From NCBI GenBank assembly GCA_021735685.1, contig JAIPGN010000002.1:3183-67182 (forward strand): a stretch of 64,000 nt of DNA. Direction: 5' to 3'. This document shows, one piece after another, positions 62,115 to 64,000 of this stretch; the stretch's first letter is position 1, and each line of letters starts with the position of its first letter. This DNA comes from Patescibacteria group bacterium (lineage in GTDB: Bacteria > Patescibacteriota > Patescibacteriia > UBA2591 > UBA6264). The position numbers were made by a program, and so were the translations under genes. The notes under the pieces are model-generated. The model was not told the DNA's origin, ran no database searches, and saw only the letters and a list, made by a program, of their open reading frames with translations.

Positions 62115-62176
62115 ACAATATTTGGTTATTGGTTATTGAATATTGTTTGGTTATTGTTTCTTGTGTCTTGTTTCTT
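62115..62176. repeat. Heptamer-repeat arm (GGTTATT/GTTTCTT/GTGTCTT) upstream of the four-helix-bundle gene
   Basis: Fills the whole intergenic gap; complementary to 61678-61769. Confidence 0.8.
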
Positions 62177-62407
62177 TTATTCCGTAGGAATTTCTAAATT
62201 TCCCTTCAATTGATTTACCAAATCTTCTAAACTCTTCTTGGTCACCTCTCCTTCCGTTTTTTTGTCTTTATCAATCTTTAAAATCTCAGTACCAATTTCC
62301 TCTTTTTCTTCTTCCAGTAACTCCTCTTTAGAAATCATTATAAATAAAGCAATGATAACTAGCAAGAGAACAATCAACCAAAGATATTTTTTTTTATTTT
62401 TTGGCAT
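62177..62407 (-). CDS. Small membrane-anchored hypothetical protein
   Basis: Basic N-terminus, one TM and a charged tail. Confidence 0.6.
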   Translation of the reverse strand: MPKNKKKYLWLIVLLLVIIALFIMISKEELLEEEKEEIGTEILKIDKDKKTEGEVTKKSLEDLVNQLKGNLEIPTE

Positions 62408-62438
62408 ATATTTTTTATATTATTAAAAATAATTTCAA

Positions 62439-63800
62439 CTAATAAGCGCCAGAAGTGGAATGGCTCTCTATTGTATACCAAGCCGCGCCAGAAGTGCTGT
62501 TCATGCAAACTTGAAAATAAGCGACTCCGCTTGATTCATAATAACGCATTGCCCCTAATGTTCCAGAAGTACAACTTTCTGTGCCGATTCCACCAGCAAA
62601 AGTAAGACCAGAAACATTCATATCTCCATCAATATTCATGTTTCCACCAACATAAGCAGAGCCACCTACATTTAAATTGTCTCCGATATATACAGGGTTT
62701 TCTCCAGCTGCGCTAGCTACATGCAAGGCATAACTACCCCCTGTTCCCTTTATCCCGACATTTCCATCAGTGCGGACATAAATTCCATAATTAGTACTAG
62801 TTTTGCCGTCACCGCCACTCTTGATAGCAATAGCATCTCCTGATGTTATATTTAAAGTACTGGAACTAGGCATGGTCTCTGGCGGCCAACTAGGAGTAGT
62901 GCAATCATCATCCCAAATATAAGAGTCGTCGGCTATTCTGATACCCTTTTCTCCAGGAGAACCACACTCTGTGATTCCAATAAAACCACCTACCAAAAGA
63001 TCATTGGTAATCCAGGCGTTTCCCTGCTGGACATGTAAGGCTGCCCCTGGCTCTGTCGTGCCAATTCCGATTCTTGCCTGATCATCTATTAAAGAAAAAC
63101 GAATTGTTCCTCGAACGCTAGAACAAAGCTCTGCTACACAATATTTAAAAATTAAAGGAGTGTTGGTTTGAGAACCCTGCGACAACAAAGACCAAGATTC
63201 ATTTGCACCTGCGTTTCCAATACTTATACTAACATCATCATTAGCGTCTTCGTCAATCCAAAATTTTGGATCTTGATCAGTCTGGAATTGGGAATCAGCA
63301 AAGCCAAAAACCAAAGGCTTGTTAACGGCATCTCCCATAGAACTAATTTTCCAAAACTCTCCATAAGTACCAGTTTCATCTCCTAATCTAATTTCTGCCC
63401 CTCGACTACCTGTAGCAGAGGTTGATTTTACTTGCAAGGTCTGAACTCCGCTTCCCCTAATATCTAAAGGATGCCCCGGATCATTCGTGCCAATGCCAAC
63501 ATTACCGGAAAGGCCCAATGTGGCGTCTTTATTTAAATAGACATCGCTGGCATTTTGACGCCAAATGCCAACATAGGAAAAAGAATGAACTCCATTCACC
63601 GCATCTTTCGCATAACCCCAGGTCGCGGCACTATCATCTGCTCCAGGTTCTGCTAAATGTTTAATTTCATAAGGTCCTCCCTCTTGCCCTAAATTCAAAT
63701 TATTACTCACTTTTAAATCAGCCGCCCAAGCAATAGCCCAAACTCCTAAAATTAAAGTCAGAACAATTCCTCCTAATAAAATTACTTTTTCCTTTTTCAT
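62439..63800 (-). CDS. Secreted fibre/adhesin-like protein with GNVGIGT repeats
   Basis: Signal peptide; GNVGIGTNDP, RIGIGTTEP and GNVGIKG repeats; C-terminal C...GAMRY...FQVC motif. Confidence 0.7.
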   Translation of the reverse strand: MKKEKVILLGGIVLTLILGVWAIAWAADLKVSNNLNLGQEGGPYEIKHLAEPGADDSAATWGYAKDAVNGVHSFSYVGIWRQNASDVYLNKDATLGLSGNVGIGTNDPGHPLDIRGSGVQTLQVKSTSATGSRGAEIRLGDETGTYGEFWKISSMGDAVNKPLVFGFADSQFQTDQDPKFWIDEDANDDVSISIGNAGANESWSLLSQGSQTNTPLIFKYCVAELCSSVRGTIRFSLIDDQARIGIGTTEPGAALHVQQGNAWITNDLLVGGFIGITECGSPGEKGIRIADDSYIWDDDCTTPSWPPETMPSSSTLNITSGDAIAIKSGGDGKTSTNYGIYVRTDGNVGIKGTGGSYALHVASAAGENPVYIGDNLNVGGSAYVGGNMNIDGDMNVSGLTFAGGIGTESCTSGTLGAMRYYESSGVAYFQVCMNSTSGAAWYTIESHSTSGAY

Positions 63801-63927
63801 AAAAAAATATTAAAAAATAATTATTAAAGAAACAAAAAACAAGATACAAGAAACAAACAAATCCTAAACTTCAAACTCCAAAAACATCTAAAATAATTAT
63901 AGCGCTTAAAAATATAAGATGCAACCC

Positions 63928-64000
63928 TTATTTTGTCTTATTAATAATAGAAGAAAGAATATTTTTAATTTCTGTTGCCTCCTGAAAAAGAATCTTTACC
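63928..64000 (-). CDS. Second four helix bundle protein (3' end only)
   Basis: Translates as VKILFQEATEIKNILSSIINKTK*, 19/23 identical to the C-terminus of 61773-62114. Confidence 0.85.
   Translation of the reverse strand, partial: VKILFQEATEIKNILSSIINKTK

Noticed and set aside
1062-63386. Many short antisense or alternate-frame ORFs in the track (e.g. 4925-5260, 39860-40249, 59571-60038)
   Set aside because: They are shadows of well-supported genes and have no recognisable motifs.
1-64000. Alternative genetic code 25 (TGA=Gly)
   Set aside because: Conserved genes are full length under code 11 and TGA terminates genes such as dprA and recJ.

Overview
Low-GC bacterial chromosomal segment using genetic code 11 (TGA serves as a stop). 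Gene content and conserved hypothetical proteins suggest Patescibacteria/CPR (Parcubacteria-like); this is an inference. The first ~52.5 kb is mostly housekeeping: a surface-polysaccharide cluster, rpsI, hrcA-grpE-dnaK with a CIRCE operator, murG, dprA-topA, tRNA-Leu, rpmE-prfA, rplY, rodA, dnaE, thrS, miaB/miaA, gatB, RNase P RNA, rnhA-recJ-alr-lysS-greA, ftsA, ybeY, mtaB, hisS, lepB, pnp-NYN-rpsO and a Xer recombinase. Next come tRNA-Arg and tRNA-His, bracketed by a perfect 82-bp direct repeat made of 25-bp palindromes. The last ~11 kb is a minus-strand array of secreted/surface proteins. The most unusual element is in that array: a four-helix-bundle (23S-IVP/Avd-like) gene enclosed by inverted heptamer-repeat arms. 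A second copy begins at the window edge, and each copy is followed by an identical 27-bp leader/start of a different surface-protein gene. Several REP-like palindrome families are scattered in intergenic spaces. All calls come from reading the sequence and recognising motifs; no searches were run.
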